DNA of 64,000 nucleotides from an uncultured Methanomicrobiaceae archaeon (GCA_963826525.1 CAWGXH010000004.1:1120001-1184000), one strand, 5' to 3'; positions 52,942 to 63,887 are shown, counted from the first letter of the stretch. Numbers and translations are program-made. The notes: generated by a model not told the origin, from the letters alone.

Positions 52942-54063
52942 TTAGGGAAACGAAAAGCTGCCGTATCGCCCTCCGCCTCCGGGGTGCAGGACTACCTGCC
53001 CGCTCCGGAGAGCATCGACGGCATCCCCGACAGCAGGGTGGATCTCACGGATCTCTCCTAACGGCGCCGTTACAAGGACGGCAATCTCGTCCCCGAAGAT
53101 CGCCAGAAAGTCGTTATAGAGGGAACTGCACCGTTTCGTGAGGGGTGAAGCGGCCCCGAGCGCCTGCATGATAATCTCGGAGAGGGGGATAAGGTGCAGG
53201 TACGGCGGCCGCTCCCGCGGGACGCCGCCCGCAAGCTCGGCAGCCCGGTCGGCGACGCCCTTCTTGATCCGTTTGCCGTCCGCCGGGCACCGCCACCTGA
53301 GGTCTTCGGCCTCTTTTTGTGTATATTGGCGGTAGCACGTGCTGCAGGCGGTGCGATTGTACTTCCCCTCCTCCGGGAAGAAGCCGGCGTTCATCGCGAT
53401 GCGTCCTTCCCCGACGGCATCGAGGATCCCCCGCGGGGTCTGTGCACGACGAACATCAAGGCCGGTGAACTCCCTGCCGAGCCGGTGGGGCGCCGGGCTG
53501 TGGGCGTCGGAGTTTGAGATAAAGGGGACGGCGGCGAGCTCGGCGATGCCGGCACCGTACGACGTGTCGGCGGAGAGGCCGAGTTCGAGGAAATCTATCG
53601 GTTCGCTCCCGTAACAGTCGCCGACGCTGCCGGCATGGGCATACAGGCCCGTCCACGGGGTGAACGCATGCGCAGGGCCGATCATGCCGCCGAGATCGTG
53701 CACTCGTTCTGCTATCGCGGCGCCTGAGAGGGCGATATGCGGCCGTCCGGCGGTGCTGATGTTTTTGCTATGATCGGAGAGGACTTCGGCAAGATCCGCA
53801 CACCGGCCGAGATCCTCCATCAGGATCAGGTGATGAATGCGGTGGCAGTCCTCGACTTCGGTGGCAGGCACGACGACGATACCCTCGTCGTTCTCGAGGA
53901 GCGTCGCCCAGGCCGCCCGCCATGCCGGGTGAAGTGCATCCCCGGTTCCGATCACACCGAGCCCTTTTCGCGCGGCGGCGAGGAGGAGCGCCTCCGGTGT
54001 CATCGACGGCGACGTCGCCATAGCGTACGGCGAGTGAATATGGAGATCGGCATACAGAAGCAT
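52942..54063 (-). CDS. Endonuclease Q family (PHP domain plus Zn finger)
   Basis: DLHIHS, GTGD, PAHAFTP, ELGLSAD, NSDAHS, GKY...C..C...CP, PGGGG.YG. Confidence 0.88.
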   Translation of the reverse strand: MLLYADLHIHSPYAMATSPSMTPEALLLAAARKGLGVIGTGDALHPAWRAAWATLLENDEGIVVVPATEVEDCHRIHHLILMEDLGRCADLAEVLSDHSKNISTAGRPHIALSGAAIAERVHDLGGMIGPAHAFTPWTGLYAHAGSVGDCYGSEPIDFLELGLSADTSYGAGIAELAAVPFISNSDAHSPAPHRLGREFTGLDVRRAQTPRGILDAVGEGRIAMNAGFFPEEGKYNRTACSTCYRQYTQKEAEDLRWRCPADGKRIKKGVADRAAELAGGVPRERPPYLHLIPLSEIIMQALGAASPLTKRCSSLYNDFLAIFGDEIAVLVTAPLGEIREIHPAVGDAVDALRSGQVVLHPGGGGRYGSFSFP

Positions 54064-54147
54064 TACGGATACTCGCGTCGTGAATGATCGGTTATACGGA
54101 GCACCGACCGTGCTGCCGGAAAAATACGGGAGAGATATCTGGATTAT

Positions 54148-54894
54148 TCAGCCGATGTAGGTCAGTTCTTCTGCCGCTTTGCTCTCTTCGGCTTCCCTGA
54201 TCTTGGCGATGATCTGCTCCATATCCTCGGCACGCTGCCGCAGAAGACTTGGATCGATCTCGATCCCGAGCAGCCGGGTAAGGACGGCAAGGAGGCTCTC
54301 GGCACTCCTCGGGTCGACGATATATCCGGAGGTCTCTCCCATGAGGCAGATCCCTTCGATATTCCGCTCTGCACCGAGACCGAGGAGGAGGCCGGAGGCA
54401 CCGACGATCATACCGCCTGTCTCGGCATTCCGGAACGATCCGCCGGCCTCTTCGACCTCGGGTATGAGGTGCTCACTATTCACGGCTGCGAAGATCCGGT
54501 TCTCGTCGACGAGGTGGCCTACTCCGTAGCCGCCGAGGGTGTAGATCCTCTGTACGCCGAGTTCTTCGGCGATATCAAGGTAGGTCTCGGTCAGTACGTA
54601 GTGCCCCGCGGGAGAGGTGCTCTGGAAATCGCCGACCAGAAAGAGGAGCGTTATATCGTCACCCTCGTACCGGTAGATCTCGTTGTTGACGAGGCGGGTG
54701 ATACCCTTCTCGTCGACAATGACCTGCGGCGGGAAGTGAAGCGAGTGGATCTCGGCGATCTTCTCTGCCCCGAGCTTCTCTATGATATATTCCGCCGCGA
54801 GTTTCCCGACCTGTCCGACTCCCGGAAGCCCTTCGATGAGGATGGGCGCCCGGATGTCGTCGTCCCGCAAAAAATGTATGGTTACCTCTTTCAT
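54148..54894 (-). CDS. PAC2-family proteasome assembly chaperone
   Basis: EGLPGVGQVGKL, FPPQV, GD.Q, CLMGETSGY.VDP. Confidence 0.9.
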   Translation of the reverse strand: MKEVTIHFLRDDDIRAPILIEGLPGVGQVGKLAAEYIIEKLGAEKIAEIHSLHFPPQVIVDEKGITRLVNNEIYRYEGDDITLLFLVGDFQSTSPAGHYVLTETYLDIAEELGVQRIYTLGGYGVGHLVDENRIFAAVNSEHLIPEVEEAGGSFRNAETGGMIVGASGLLLGLGAERNIEGICLMGETSGYIVDPRSAESLLAVLTRLLGIEIDPSLLRQRAEDMEQIIAKIREAEESKAAEELTYIG

Positions 54895-55043
54895 TCGCGT
54901 ACCATCCTTCTGTAACTCCCGTACCTATCCTGTGGAGAAAAACGTGCAGGATGAGCGATCCGGGTCCGGCACCCGCAGGCCGGACAGATCTCTCGTATCG
55001 TATAGGTACGGTCGTGTACGCAGCGTCGTATACGGCCACTCAT
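54891..55043 (-). CDS. nop10: H/ACA RNP protein Nop10 (not in the ORF track)
   Basis: Hand translation: MSGRIRRCVHDRTYTIREICPACGCRTRIAHPARFSPQDRYGSYRRMVRE*; canonical position after aIF2alpha. Confidence 0.93.
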   Translation of the reverse strand: MSGRIRRCVHDRTYTIREICPACGCRTRIAHPARFSPQDRYGSYRRMVRE

Positions 55044-55052
55044 AACGACGCC

Positions 55053-55833
55053 TTAACCGGACTTCTGTTTTCGAACGAATTTTCCGGTGCCGTCAGCCCG
55101 CTCCATGACGCCGACCGCAGCAGGCTGCGGCTTTCTCGATCGCCTTCTCAGCCGTCTTGTAGTCGGGTGCGGTCACCTTGATGCGATACTTGGGAGCACC
55201 CACGTAGTTTAAGTCAATCTCGACATCGTCGACCTTCGGCTGCGCACTTCGGAGGGCTCTTCGGATCACATTGACCCCGTCGGGCTTTGCGGATGTGAGA
55301 ATCAGGTGTCCGGTGATCGTCACTTTCGAGACTTTGACATTCTCGTGGGCGATGGTGTTGAGCGACTCTTTGACCTTCGGGTCGAAGGTGAATTTCTCCA
55401 GCGACTCTCCACCCGTGGCGACGATCTCCTCAAATCCCGGGTATAGCAGACCGTATTCACGGTAGAACGCCTCTTCGATGGTTCTGCGCTCGACGCCGGT
55501 TGCCTCGGTCACAAAGCCGACCCACTTCTCGGCCTTCTGCTCGCTCTTCCACTCGTGGATCTTCTCGCGCCGCTGGTGTTCGTTAACATCTTTGAGAGAA
55601 AGGTCGATATGACCGCGTCCGGGATCAACGTTCAGCACCTTGCAGACGACCTTCTGCCCTTCACGCACGAAGTCCCGTATATGCTTGATCCAGCCTCTCG
55701 CTATCTCGGATATGGGGATGAGGCCCTGTCGCCCGTCGTATTCGTCGAGGGTCACGAATGCCGCGAAGTCCCTGACGTTCTGCACCGTGCAGACGACGAG
55801 TTCGCCGTCCTCAGGCCATTCTCTCTCACGCAT
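55053..55833 (-). CDS. eif2a: Translation initiation factor 2 alpha subunit (frameshift ~55124)
   Basis: S1 domain GELVVCTV, ISEIARGWIK, HIDLSLK, GAPKYRI, DYK.AEK. Confidence 0.93.
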
Positions 55834-55841
55834 GTAACTAC

Positions 55842-56030
55842 TCACTCAAGTGCTGCCAGTATTTCGGCTTTTATGGTTGCCTTGCCGCCGGTGGGCTCTG
55901 CAAGGATATGTCCGCAGACCGCGCAGTCCACAACGCTGCTTGCCATCTCAAAGACGACCTGTTCGTTCTCGCAGTCGGGGCATTTGACCCGGAAGAACTT
56001 GCTCCGATTCTCTCTGTTTAACTGTACCAT
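55842..56030 (-). CDS. rps27e: 30S ribosomal protein S27e
   Basis: [15 protein letters not shown]...L.EPTGGK. Confidence 0.97.
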   Translation of the reverse strand: MVQLNRENRSKFFRVKCPDCENEQVVFEMASSVVDCAVCGHILAEPTGGKATIKAEILAALE

Positions 56031-56037
56031 CGCTTGC

Positions 56038-56316
56038 TCACTCCGTCAGCTCGAATTTGCTTATTCTGAATCCCGCTCGCAGGTGTGCCTTCCCACAGAC
56101 CGCACACCGGTACCGGATATTGATCTTCTTGGTCGGCTTGTCGCCACCGGGTACTTTCGAGAACTTACCCATGTTACCGACGGCGCCTCTCCGTGCCTTC
56201 TGACGGTCGATCCAGTTGAAGTGGCGGTTTCTGCCCTTCTTTACCTTCTCGACTTCGTGGATCTCATGTTTCCTGCAGAACGGGCAGTATGTTTTAAATT
56301 TAACTGGCATCTTCAT
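56038..56316 (-). CDS. rpl44e: 50S ribosomal protein L44e
   Basis: TYCPFC..H, KPTKK..IRYRC.VCGKAH. Confidence 0.97.
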   Translation of the reverse strand: MKMPVKFKTYCPFCRKHEIHEVEKVKKGRNRHFNWIDRQKARRGAVGNMGKFSKVPGGDKPTKKINIRYRCAVCGKAHLRAGFRISKFELTE

Positions 56317-56354
56317 GGAAATATCCTCTATGAAATTGATACGAAGTACCAATA

Positions 56355-57002
56355 TTACTTGTTAAGCCTGATATTTAAGGCTATGTTGCGTTCGCAGAGC
56401 ACGTCTGCATTCCGCTCCGGGATCGTTATGATGTCTCCCTGTCGGAGGTGATAAACCCTGCCGTCCACACCCATGAACGAGTCCATATCCTGCGTGATAT
56501 GCACGAGGGCGTACTCGGCTGCAACGGTTCCGGCAGAAGCAGCCCGCCTTCTCCGCTCCTTCGGTGCAGGCATCGTGGCGGGTGCCGGGAGAACTTCTCC
56601 CGTCTCTTCTCCGACAATGCGCGCCTCGTCGCCGAATATGAGCGTCCGCCTGCACTCTTCGATGGCCGCGACGAACTGTCGGAACATCACCCGCTCCGCC
56701 TCCAGCATCTTTCTCGACTCGTCCCGGTCGATGTACCTGACCGTCGAACTGCTGAAATGCGAGATCGAGTATCTGACGCGTCCTGAGGGAGAATATCTCC
56801 TGCGTGGTGTCCCTGACGCTGCCGATCTCCTCGATGATAAGGCTGCCCGCCCGGGTTTCGAGCGGGTTTGCCAGAGCGTAGTAATCGCTCTTCAGCTTCT
56901 CGAGGTGCTCCCGGGTCTCATCGTAGAGGTGGGGGGGACGCCGGCGAGCCGCCCCGAGTGGTGCATATCCAGCAGGATCTGGCGGAGTTTCTCAAGATCC
57001 AT
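56355..57002 (-). CDS. GINS subunit (Gins51/Gins15-like), frameshifts ~56935 and ~56737
   Basis: MDLEKLRQILL... helical A-domain; B-domain FMGVDGRVY.L..GDI.TIP..NA..L; conserved position between priS and rpl44e. Confidence 0.75.
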
Positions 57003-58140
57003 CGCTCGCCTCCCCTGCAATCTCCGCCATACCCCGGCAGCAGACGAAGATCGCCAGCGCCTCGGGGATGGTGGCGATGCCTTTCTGCAGCGTATAGGTA
57101 TTGCCGAGCAGCGACGTGGTGATAGCGGCCTTCATCTCGACCTTCACATCCCGCTCGCCGAAGACGACCGCATCCTCGAGGGGGTCAAAGCCGGCGAGTT
57201 CGTTGGCACCGAGCGGCACGACTCGCATTCCGCTTCCGCCGTGGAGCGATCCCGGCATCCGGATCAGCCGCTTGATATCGGTCGTCACCGGCTCGTCTGC
57301 CTGGGCACCCTTCACCCGAAGCCGCTGCCCGAAGGCCGACCCCTCTTCGGAAACGATCGCTCGCAGCGTGCGGTTTGCCAGCAAGCCCTCCGTCCGGTAC
57401 TCCTGCAGGTTTCGTGCGATCTCGTCGATCCCGGTGAGAAGTTCGGCTGCCTGCTTTGTTTTAATCCCTTTGATGGCGGTCAGGTGGCCGGTCGCCTCGT
57501 CTTCCGGGAGCCCTTTGAGCCAGAGGAGATGTTCATGGAGGGCGTCGAGATAGCGCCGTCGCCATCCCCCGGGAGCCGCCCGGGCGGGCGCGAGCATAAC
57601 ATCCGGATCGAGCCCGGTGCCGCAGACGTAGTCGATAAGCTCCCGGCGCTCCTGGCTGCCCCACCCCCGGGTGGCGATATCCCTGACATGGACATGGTAT
57701 CCACGGCCGCCGGAGAAGACCACGTGCAGTTCTCGCGAAGAGAACCCGAGTTCGCCGGTCAGCATCCCGATCAGCTTCTCGGTCTCCTCCTTGACCCGTG
57801 CAAGCATCTCCGCATATGGCCCGCGCATGATATGGTCGGCATCGAGGTCGAAGATCAGGTCTGCGCCGGTCCAGACTTTATCGTTCATCGTCGGGGCGCC
57901 CGGCATGCTGTAGTACGCGGTGGAGTAGTACGCGTGGGCGGGAATCATGCTCCGCAGGTAATCGACGAGTTCCCGCTGGTCGGTAAAGGCCATGTGCCTG
58001 CGCATCCTGACGTCGGACGATGCATCAAAGAAGATGAAACCCCACTCCCGCTGCTCGAGGGATGACGGAGCGGGGAGATGACCGTTCCGGTAATAGTCGG
58101 TGAACCTCTGTTTGAGAAATTCGAGCGTGGCGGGTTTCAT
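56992..58140 (-). CDS. priS: DNA primase small (catalytic) subunit
   Basis: REWGF, DLIFDLDAD, FSGGRGYHVH, DEPVTTDIKRLIRMPGSLH. Confidence 0.96.
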   Translation of the reverse strand: MKPATLEFLKQRFTDYYRNGHLPAPSSLEQREWGFIFFDASSDVRMRRHMAFTDQRELVDYLRSMIPAHAYYSTAYYSMPGAPTMNDKVWTGADLIFDLDADHIMRGPYAEMLARVKEETEKLIGMLTGELGFSSRELHVVFSGGRGYHVHVRDIATRGWGSQERRELIDYVCGTGLDPDVMLAPARAAPGGWRRRYLDALHEHLLWLKGLPEDEATGHLTAIKGIKTKQAAELLTGIDEIARNLQEYRTEGLLANRTLRAIVSEEGSAFGQRLRVKGAQADEPVTTDIKRLIRMPGSLHGGSGMRVVPLGANELAGFDPLEDAVVFGERDVKVEMKAAITTSLLGNTYTLQKGIATIPEALAIFVCCRGMAEIAGEASDGS

Positions 58141-59717
58141 GCTAGTGTCTTGATCATATATGGGCCCCTTCGTTGATATCCCTGTTTCCCGTAGTACGGG
58201 CGAACCCGATCCCGCTCATGACGGCGAGGCGATCGTAGCCGTGACTTTTGGCGCTCTCCTCGGCAGCCGCAAGCAGCCTGTTGCCGAAACTCCGGTGCTG
58301 CCACTCGTCCTCCGACGCGCCGGTGCTGAGGGGGACGATGCTGCCGTAGACGTGCAGCTCCCGGAGGAGCGCCGCGCCCGAGAGCTCAGGCCGGAACGTC
58401 CTCTCCGGGAACCGCAGGCGTGCGAAACCGACGAGGGCATCCCCTGAACTCGCCTGGATGAACTCCTCCTCGCCGCCGCAGGCTCCGGTAGACCAGCGTC
58501 GAGATTGCCGCCACCCCGAGATCCGGGGAGCGGCCGACCTCCCGGCACCGGATGCACCGGCAGCGAAGCCCCTGCTCGCTGAGCCGCTCCTGTACGAGCT
58601 GGCGGAAGTTGCTGTGCCGTGAGCCGGCGACGATGAGCTTTGCGGGAATATCGCGCTGGATACGCTGGAGGCGGACGTACTCCGGAAAGAGCGACTTTCC
58701 GTAGGCAATGAGATCGATCAGGTCCTCCTCGGTGTAGGGGTGATACTCCCCGCGCTCCCAGAGATGCTCGATCTCCGACCCCGGCGTGACGAGGGTAGGG
58801 TAGATCTTCAGAAAGTCCGGGCGGAACCGTTCGTCTCCGAAGAGGTCTTCGAACATCCGGCGGTCGTCCTCAATCGTGCTCCCGGGGAGGTTCGGCATGA
58901 TGTGGAACCCGACCTTGATCCCGGCGTCGCGGAGCATGCAGTTCGCCTCCACGCTCTCCCGGACGGTATGTCCGCGCCGGTTGTACTCGAGGATGGAGTC
59001 CCGGAGTTGCTGGACGCCGAGCTCGACCTTCGTCACGCCCATCTCGAGCATCCGGTTAATCTCCTCTTCCCGGCACCAGTCCGGACGGGTCTCAAAGGTG
59101 GTGGCGACGCATCGCACCCGTGCCTGCTCGTTCGCGGCGAAGATAGTTTCGAGATCGACTGCTCCCTCCACGGGCGGCGTGCCGACGTTCGGGTAGTCGT
59201 TCATTGCCTGTACTGCCGACCCGACGAACCACCGCTGGTACTCGAGCGGGCGGGCGGTCATCGTCCCCCCCATCACAATCAGTTCTACCTTATCGATATG
59301 GTGCCCGAGCATCTGGAACTGCGCAAGGCGTGCCTGTACCTGGTTGTAGGGATCGTACGCATGCTCCCGTGCACGAAGTGCCGCCGGCTCCTCGCCGGTG
59401 TAACTCTGGGGCGACTTGAACGGGTGCTCCGGCCCTCCGGGGCAGGGAAGGCATATGCCGTGCGGGCAGGGGTGGGGTGACGTCATCACCGCGACCGGCG
59501 CTACCCCCGAGATCGTCCGCGTGGGTTTTACGAGCAGGACTCTCCGCAGCCGTTCCCGCTCCTCCGGTCGTGCGGCGGCGAGGATTGCGGAGTTTTTCGG
59601 CATGCTGACGCTGTACTGCCGGCAGATATCGAGTTTGATCTTCTGGATATCGACAGAACCCTGTCCTGCAGAATAGATGCGGGAGATAATCTCCCGGTAA
59701 ACTTCGTATTCGTTCAT
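58137..59717 (-). CDS. elp3: Elp3 tRNA uridine(34) acetyltransferase, radical SAM + KAT (frameshifts ~58482, ~58200)
   Basis: CPHGICLPCPGG, ETRPD, KIYPTLV, RIQRDIP, CRCIRCRE, RELHVYG, QH...G. Confidence 0.92.
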
Positions 59718-59724
59718 TGCGTAG

Positions 59725-59988
59725 CTACTCGGTAGCAACTCGCTCGGATGGTATTTCCAGACGGTATTCGATAAATGGGTTGTGATTTGTCCGGATGTGA
59801 TGTACGATCTCGTCGCCGAGCGTGAGAATTGCCTTTTTATGCGAAACTTTGTTCTTATGGATATGGACGGGGGAGATATGAAGGGAGTTATAGCGTTCGG
59901 TCTGGATCTCCTCTCTGGTGATGTTCTCGTAGTATTTCTTGACATGCACTAGCAGCATGTGTAAATGGAGTAGCTCTTCCTTCTGCAC
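59725..59988 (-). CDS. UPF0058 family protein
   Basis: (M)QKEELLHLH...Y.SLHISPVHIHK.K..HK.AI..LG. Confidence 0.85.
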   Translation of the reverse strand: MQKEELLHLHMLLVHVKKYYENITREEIQTERYNSLHISPVHIHKNKVSHKKAILTLGDEIVHHIRTNHNPFIEYRLEIPSERVATE

Positions 59989-60054
59989 ACTATCACCTTT
60001 TCCTCGAAAATTACTACAGTATTTGGGTAAATATAGTTTATTGGTGATCTTTAT

Positions 60055-60927
60055 ATGCGATTTGAGCGCGCAGCCGGCGCGCTGCTCGGGCTGGCTTTTG
60101 GGGACGCATTGGGTGCGCCCCTTGAAGGAGCCTCGCCGCCGCTCCGAAAGGTAACGGAGATGCAGGGAGGCGGTATTCACCATGTCCGCCCGGGGCAGTA
60201 CACCGACGATACACTGCAGGCGTGCGCACTTGCGCAGTCGCTTATCAACGTCCGGGGGTTCGCACCTGCGGATTTTGTTTCACGGCTTATGCGCGGATAT
60301 CACGCTCATCCGGAATTCTACGGACCGACGTCGGGCCGCGTCCTCGATCTGATCGAGGCGGGCGTCGAACCGGAGAGCGCTGCCCGGGCGGTGCATGAAG
60401 CGGTGGGGGGAAGCAGAAGCAACGGGAGTGTCATGCGGGGGGTTCCCATCGGGATCTTTTACCGCCCCGCCCGGGTCAGGGATGTCAGTATGGCCTGCTC
60501 GAGGCTGACCCACTACGACCCGGTGGCAGGTGAGTCTTCGGCGTTCATCAACCGGATGGTCTCCGAGCTCTGCCGGGGTGCGTCCCGGGGAGCGGCCTAC
60601 GAACGAGCGCTGGCGGCATGCCGGAGCGACGAGGTCGCCGCTATGCTCGGAGCCTACCGACGCTATCCCCTCGTCCCCTCGCTCGACGCCGTCCTCTGCA
60701 CGCATTGCGCCGTCGCGGTCTTCATGAAGGCCCGCGGTGCGGCCGAAGCGGTGATAACTGCGGTCAACCTCGGCGGCGATGCCGATACGGTCGGGGCGGT
60801 GACGGGGGCTCTTGCCGGAGCCGCATGGGGATGCGGCGCTTTTCCTGATTCGTGGTATCGCCGGCTCGAGAACCGGGAGCGATTGAGCGGCGTTGCCCGG
60901 GCACTCTCTGCGGTGAGCATGCCCTGA
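60055..60927 (+). CDS. ADP-ribosylglycohydrolase family protein
   Basis: GDALG, TDDT, SNGSVMR, THYD, GGDADTVGA. Confidence 0.92.
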   Translation: MRFERAAGALLGLAFGDALGAPLEGASPPLRKVTEMQGGGIHHVRPGQYTDDTLQACALAQSLINVRGFAPADFVSRLMRGYHAHPEFYGPTSGRVLDLIEAGVEPESAARAVHEAVGGSRSNGSVMRGVPIGIFYRPARVRDVSMACSRLTHYDPVAGESSAFINRMVSELCRGASRGAAYERALAACRSDEVAAMLGAYRRYPLVPSLDAVLCTHCAVAVFMKARGAAEAVITAVNLGGDADTVGAVTGALAGAAWGCGAFPDSWYRRLENRERLSGVARALSAVSMP

Positions 60928-60933
60928 TTCCGG

Positions 60934-61383
60934 TCAGGCGGGACGGAGCTCGACCAGTTTGAGAGATCTTCCCCGCTCGCAGATATCGGGGGCGCTCCCC
61001 AGCACCTCGCCGACGGCGTACTTCTCGCCTTCGATGATGCCGTCCGGGTGGCAGAGCGGAAAGCTCCTGCACCCGGTCCTGGTGCAGGGGAACTCATACT
61101 GCATCTTCGAATTGACGATCGCCATATCGGCTCCGATCAGGGCGACCACCGGTGACTCGATAACCTCGACAGCGCTGACCGAATCGAGATGAACCGGGCA
61201 TTCGTGCTTCGTGCCGGGGCGTACTTCGACGATCCGGTACTTCTTTCCCGGCTGCAGGTTATGGCAGACCTTCCGCATCTTGCAGTTCTCGCACTCCTCC
61301 GCCGATCCCTCGTAGATGAATTCAAGATCCTGCTTTGCCAGCACCGACCCGATCAGCGTTACTTTCGTTTTCTTCAGTATCAT
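60934..61383 (-). CDS. UPF0179 family protein
   Basis: TLIG..LA...EF.Y, C..C....VC.NL..G.KY.I, H.CPVH. Confidence 0.88.
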   Translation of the reverse strand: MILKKTKVTLIGSVLAKQDLEFIYEGSAEECENCKMRKVCHNLQPGKKYRIVEVRPGTKHECPVHLDSVSAVEVIESPVVALIGADMAIVNSKMQYEFPCTRTGCRSFPLCHPDGIIEGEKYAVGEVLGSAPDICERGRSLKLVELRPA

Positions 61384-61390
61384 CTTCCCC

Positions 61391-62470
61391 TCACTCCCGG
61401 TACAGCATTTTGATGAGATTCTGTGCAGATTCTGGTGTCAGCCCCATATCAAGGATCGTAAAGCGTTCAGGACGGATAGTCCTTGCCGCCAGAAGCGCCT
61501 CGACCGCCGTTTCGTCGTCGACGCCGATCTCCGCCGGGGTCGTGGGAGCTCCAATCTTCCGGAGCGACTGCCGGATCCCCCGCCAGTCGCCGCCGTGAAG
61601 GTACATGGTGATGATCGCACCGATGCCGCACTTCTCGCCGTGAAGCCCCTTCCCCGGCGCCAGACGGTCGAGGGCATGGGAAAACTTGTGCTCCCCGCCG
61701 CTGCCCGGTCGTGACGATCCGGCGATGCTCATGGCAACGCCAGACGAGACAAGCGCTTTGGTGACGATCCAGGCTCCTTCCTCGCTCTGCGGCTTGATGA
61801 GGTCGGCGTCTTTGACCAGAATCTCCGCCGTCATGCGGGAGAGCGTCAGGGCATATTCGGAGAGCGGCTCTCCACGAAGGCGGTGGGAGAGTTCCCAGTC
61901 CAGGATGGCGGTATAGTTCGAGATGACGTCGGCGCACCCTGCTGCGAGCAGCCGGTGCGGTGCCCGGGCGATGATCCCGGTGTCGGCAACGACGGCGATC
62001 GGGGGATGGGCGGTCATCGAGGTGTTGCCCTCCACGGTCGGAACCGATGCCCGTGACGAGGCGATCCCGTCGTGGGAGGCTGCTGTCGGCACACTGATGA
62101 ACTGGCGGTCGAGGTTGAACGAGGCGATCTTCGCGGTGTCGATCACCCGTCCGCCGCCGACACCGATGAAGAAGTCCGCCTCGCTCCCGATCTCCTCGAT
62201 CTTCCGGATGGCTTCAAGCGAGATCTCCTCGGTGCCGACGGTGGTGATATCATAATCTTCTGCAAGGAGCTTGCCGACACGTTCGCCCGCCACGTCGCGT
62301 GTCCTCGTTCCGGTGATGATGAGCGCAGTTTTCCCAAGGCTCAGGTCTTCGCAGACGGCAGGCAGGTGCCCGATAACATCGTGGCCGATAACGACGTCAC
62401 GAGGCAGCTGCATCCATTTGGACTTATCAAAAGCCTTGCTCTTGAGTAGATTTATACCGTCTGCGCTCAT
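61391..62470 (-). CDS. egsA: NAD(P)-dependent glycerol-1-phosphate dehydrogenase
   Basis: GGGRVID, PTAASHDGIAS, SRPGSGGEHKFSHALD, LHGEKCG. Confidence 0.96.
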   Translation of the reverse strand: MSADGINLLKSKAFDKSKWMQLPRDVVIGHDVIGHLPAVCEDLSLGKTALIITGTRTRDVAGERVGKLLAEDYDITTVGTEEISLEAIRKIEEIGSEADFFIGVGGGRVIDTAKIASFNLDRQFISVPTAASHDGIASSRASVPTVEGNTSMTAHPPIAVVADTGIIARAPHRLLAAGCADVISNYTAILDWELSHRLRGEPLSEYALTLSRMTAEILVKDADLIKPQSEEGAWIVTKALVSSGVAMSIAGSSRPGSGGEHKFSHALDRLAPGKGLHGEKCGIGAIITMYLHGGDWRGIRQSLRKIGAPTTPAEIGVDDETAVEALLAARTIRPERFTILDMGLTPESAQNLIKMLYRE

Positions 62471-62481
62471 TTTAATCAGTA

Positions 62482-63328
62482 ATGATTAGTGAGTTCATAT
62501 ACAAATATTACGTCGATCCAATTAGGTACAGGGGGGCCTATACCATTGTCGATACACTCACTTATGCCCTCATCCTCGTCGTTTCCGTATATCTCGTGTA
62601 CCGGTGGCTGAAACGCTCCGGCATCGCCATCGATACGGAGACTCGTGCTTGCCACCATTCCGTTCGTCGTGCTCGGAGGGCTGCTCCGGGTCGTGCAGGA
62701 TACCGGGATGATCACCTCCGACTTGCAGTACCTGCTGATAACACCGCTTATCTTCTTCACGCTCTTCTTCTACGCGATTCTCCTGCTCTTCGCGGGGAGG
62801 ATTCTCGAGAAGCGTGGTGCGATCTCCCGGTACAGCCGGTTTTACGGCGGTGCCGGAGTCGTCTCGTGCATCGTTGCTGCGGCGGTTCTCACGTTCTTTG
62901 GCCTCACCGAGACACAGGTGGCGCTTAACGTGCTCGTGATCATCCTCGGCATGGCGTCGGTCACCTCGCTTGCTCTCTGGGCACTGCTCAGGTACGTCTT
63001 CGGGTGGAGTTACGTCTCCGATATCCTCTACAAACTCCTGATATTCGGACATCTTCTGGATGCCAGCGCGACGAGTTACGGTATCGACCTGCATCCTGTT
63101 CGCTACGTCGAGCAGCACGTCGTCGGTTCGAGCCTGATCGAGTTCACCGGGACTGCGTTCTCGATGTTCCTCCTAAAACTCGTGGTCATCGTCCCTGCAA
63201 TTTATATTCTCGAGATGTACAGAAAGGAGGGAAATCCCGATCTCTGGCATCTCATCGTGCTGGCCATGATCGTCGTCGGCATGGCGCCGGGAGTCCGGGA
63301 CATGGTGCGGATGATACTCTATGTTTGA
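62482..63328 (+). CDS. DUF63 family membrane protein (frameshift ~62641)
   Basis: Y..VDTLTY, GGLLRVVQD, HLLDASAT, YVEQHV, G.APGVRD. Confidence 0.85.
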
Positions 63329-63887
63329 GAAACCGTTTCTTCGGGCTATCATCATCTCCGCCCTGGTCTTCGCCGTATCGCTCGGCCTCGGTGTCCTTGC
63401 GGTATCCGCCGAGCCCGCTCTCGGTGAAGAGATGCTGGCACTCTTCCAGGAGCAGGTCGCAGGACAGCTCCTGAGCGATACGCCGGTCGTGCTCTTCCTC
63501 AAGATCTTTTTAAATAACCTCGGGGCGTGCACGCTGCTCTTCTTCGGCGGTGCATCGCTCGGAGTCGTAACGCTGCTGATACTCGGGCTCAACGGTCTTC
63601 TCATCGGGGCCATCATGGAGATCGTGCGCCAGCAGCAGGGCCTTCTCTTCATTGCCGCGGCGCTCATCCCCCACGGGATCTTCGAGATCCCGTCGTTCCT
63701 CGTGGCGGGAGCCCTCGGGCTGCTGCTCGCCCAGGCGCTAGCCTCCGAGTGGCAGGGGGAGGGAGATGCTGCGGAGACTGCAACCCATCTTGGTAAATAC
63801 TTTATAAAAATCGTTGTTCCCCTTCTGCTCATCGCCGCGAGCATAGAGGCTTTTATTACGCCCGCTATCCTAAATGTGATCGCGTAA
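63321..63887 (+). CDS. SpoIIM/DUF95 family membrane protein
   Basis: [24 protein letters not shown]. Confidence 0.9.
   Translation: MFEKPFLRAIIISALVFAVSLGLGVLAVSAEPALGEEMLALFQEQVAGQLLSDTPVVLFLKIFLNNLGACTLLFFGGASLGVVTLLILGLNGLLIGAIMEIVRQQQGLLFIAAALIPHGIFEIPSFLVAGALGLLLAQALASEWQGEGDAAETATHLGKYFIKIVVPLLLIAASIEAFITPAILNVIA

Noticed and set aside
56473-58065. Long antisense ORFs (e.g. 56473..58065 +, 3693..5144 -, 8486..9859 +, 48912..50267 -)
   Set aside because: Shadow ORFs opposite well-supported genes, expected in high-GC DNA; no recognisable motifs.
54148-58140. priS-GINS-rpl44e-rps27e-aIF2alpha-nop10-PAC2 linkage as a novel system
   Set aside because: This is a well-known conserved archaeal gene cluster.
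5000-62700. Mass pseudogenisation or programmed frameshifting of many genes
   Set aside because: Breaks hit essential genes (aIF2alpha, GINS), lack slippery sites or in-frame stops, and cluster at two 4-mers or homopolymers, so they are best explained as sequencing errors.
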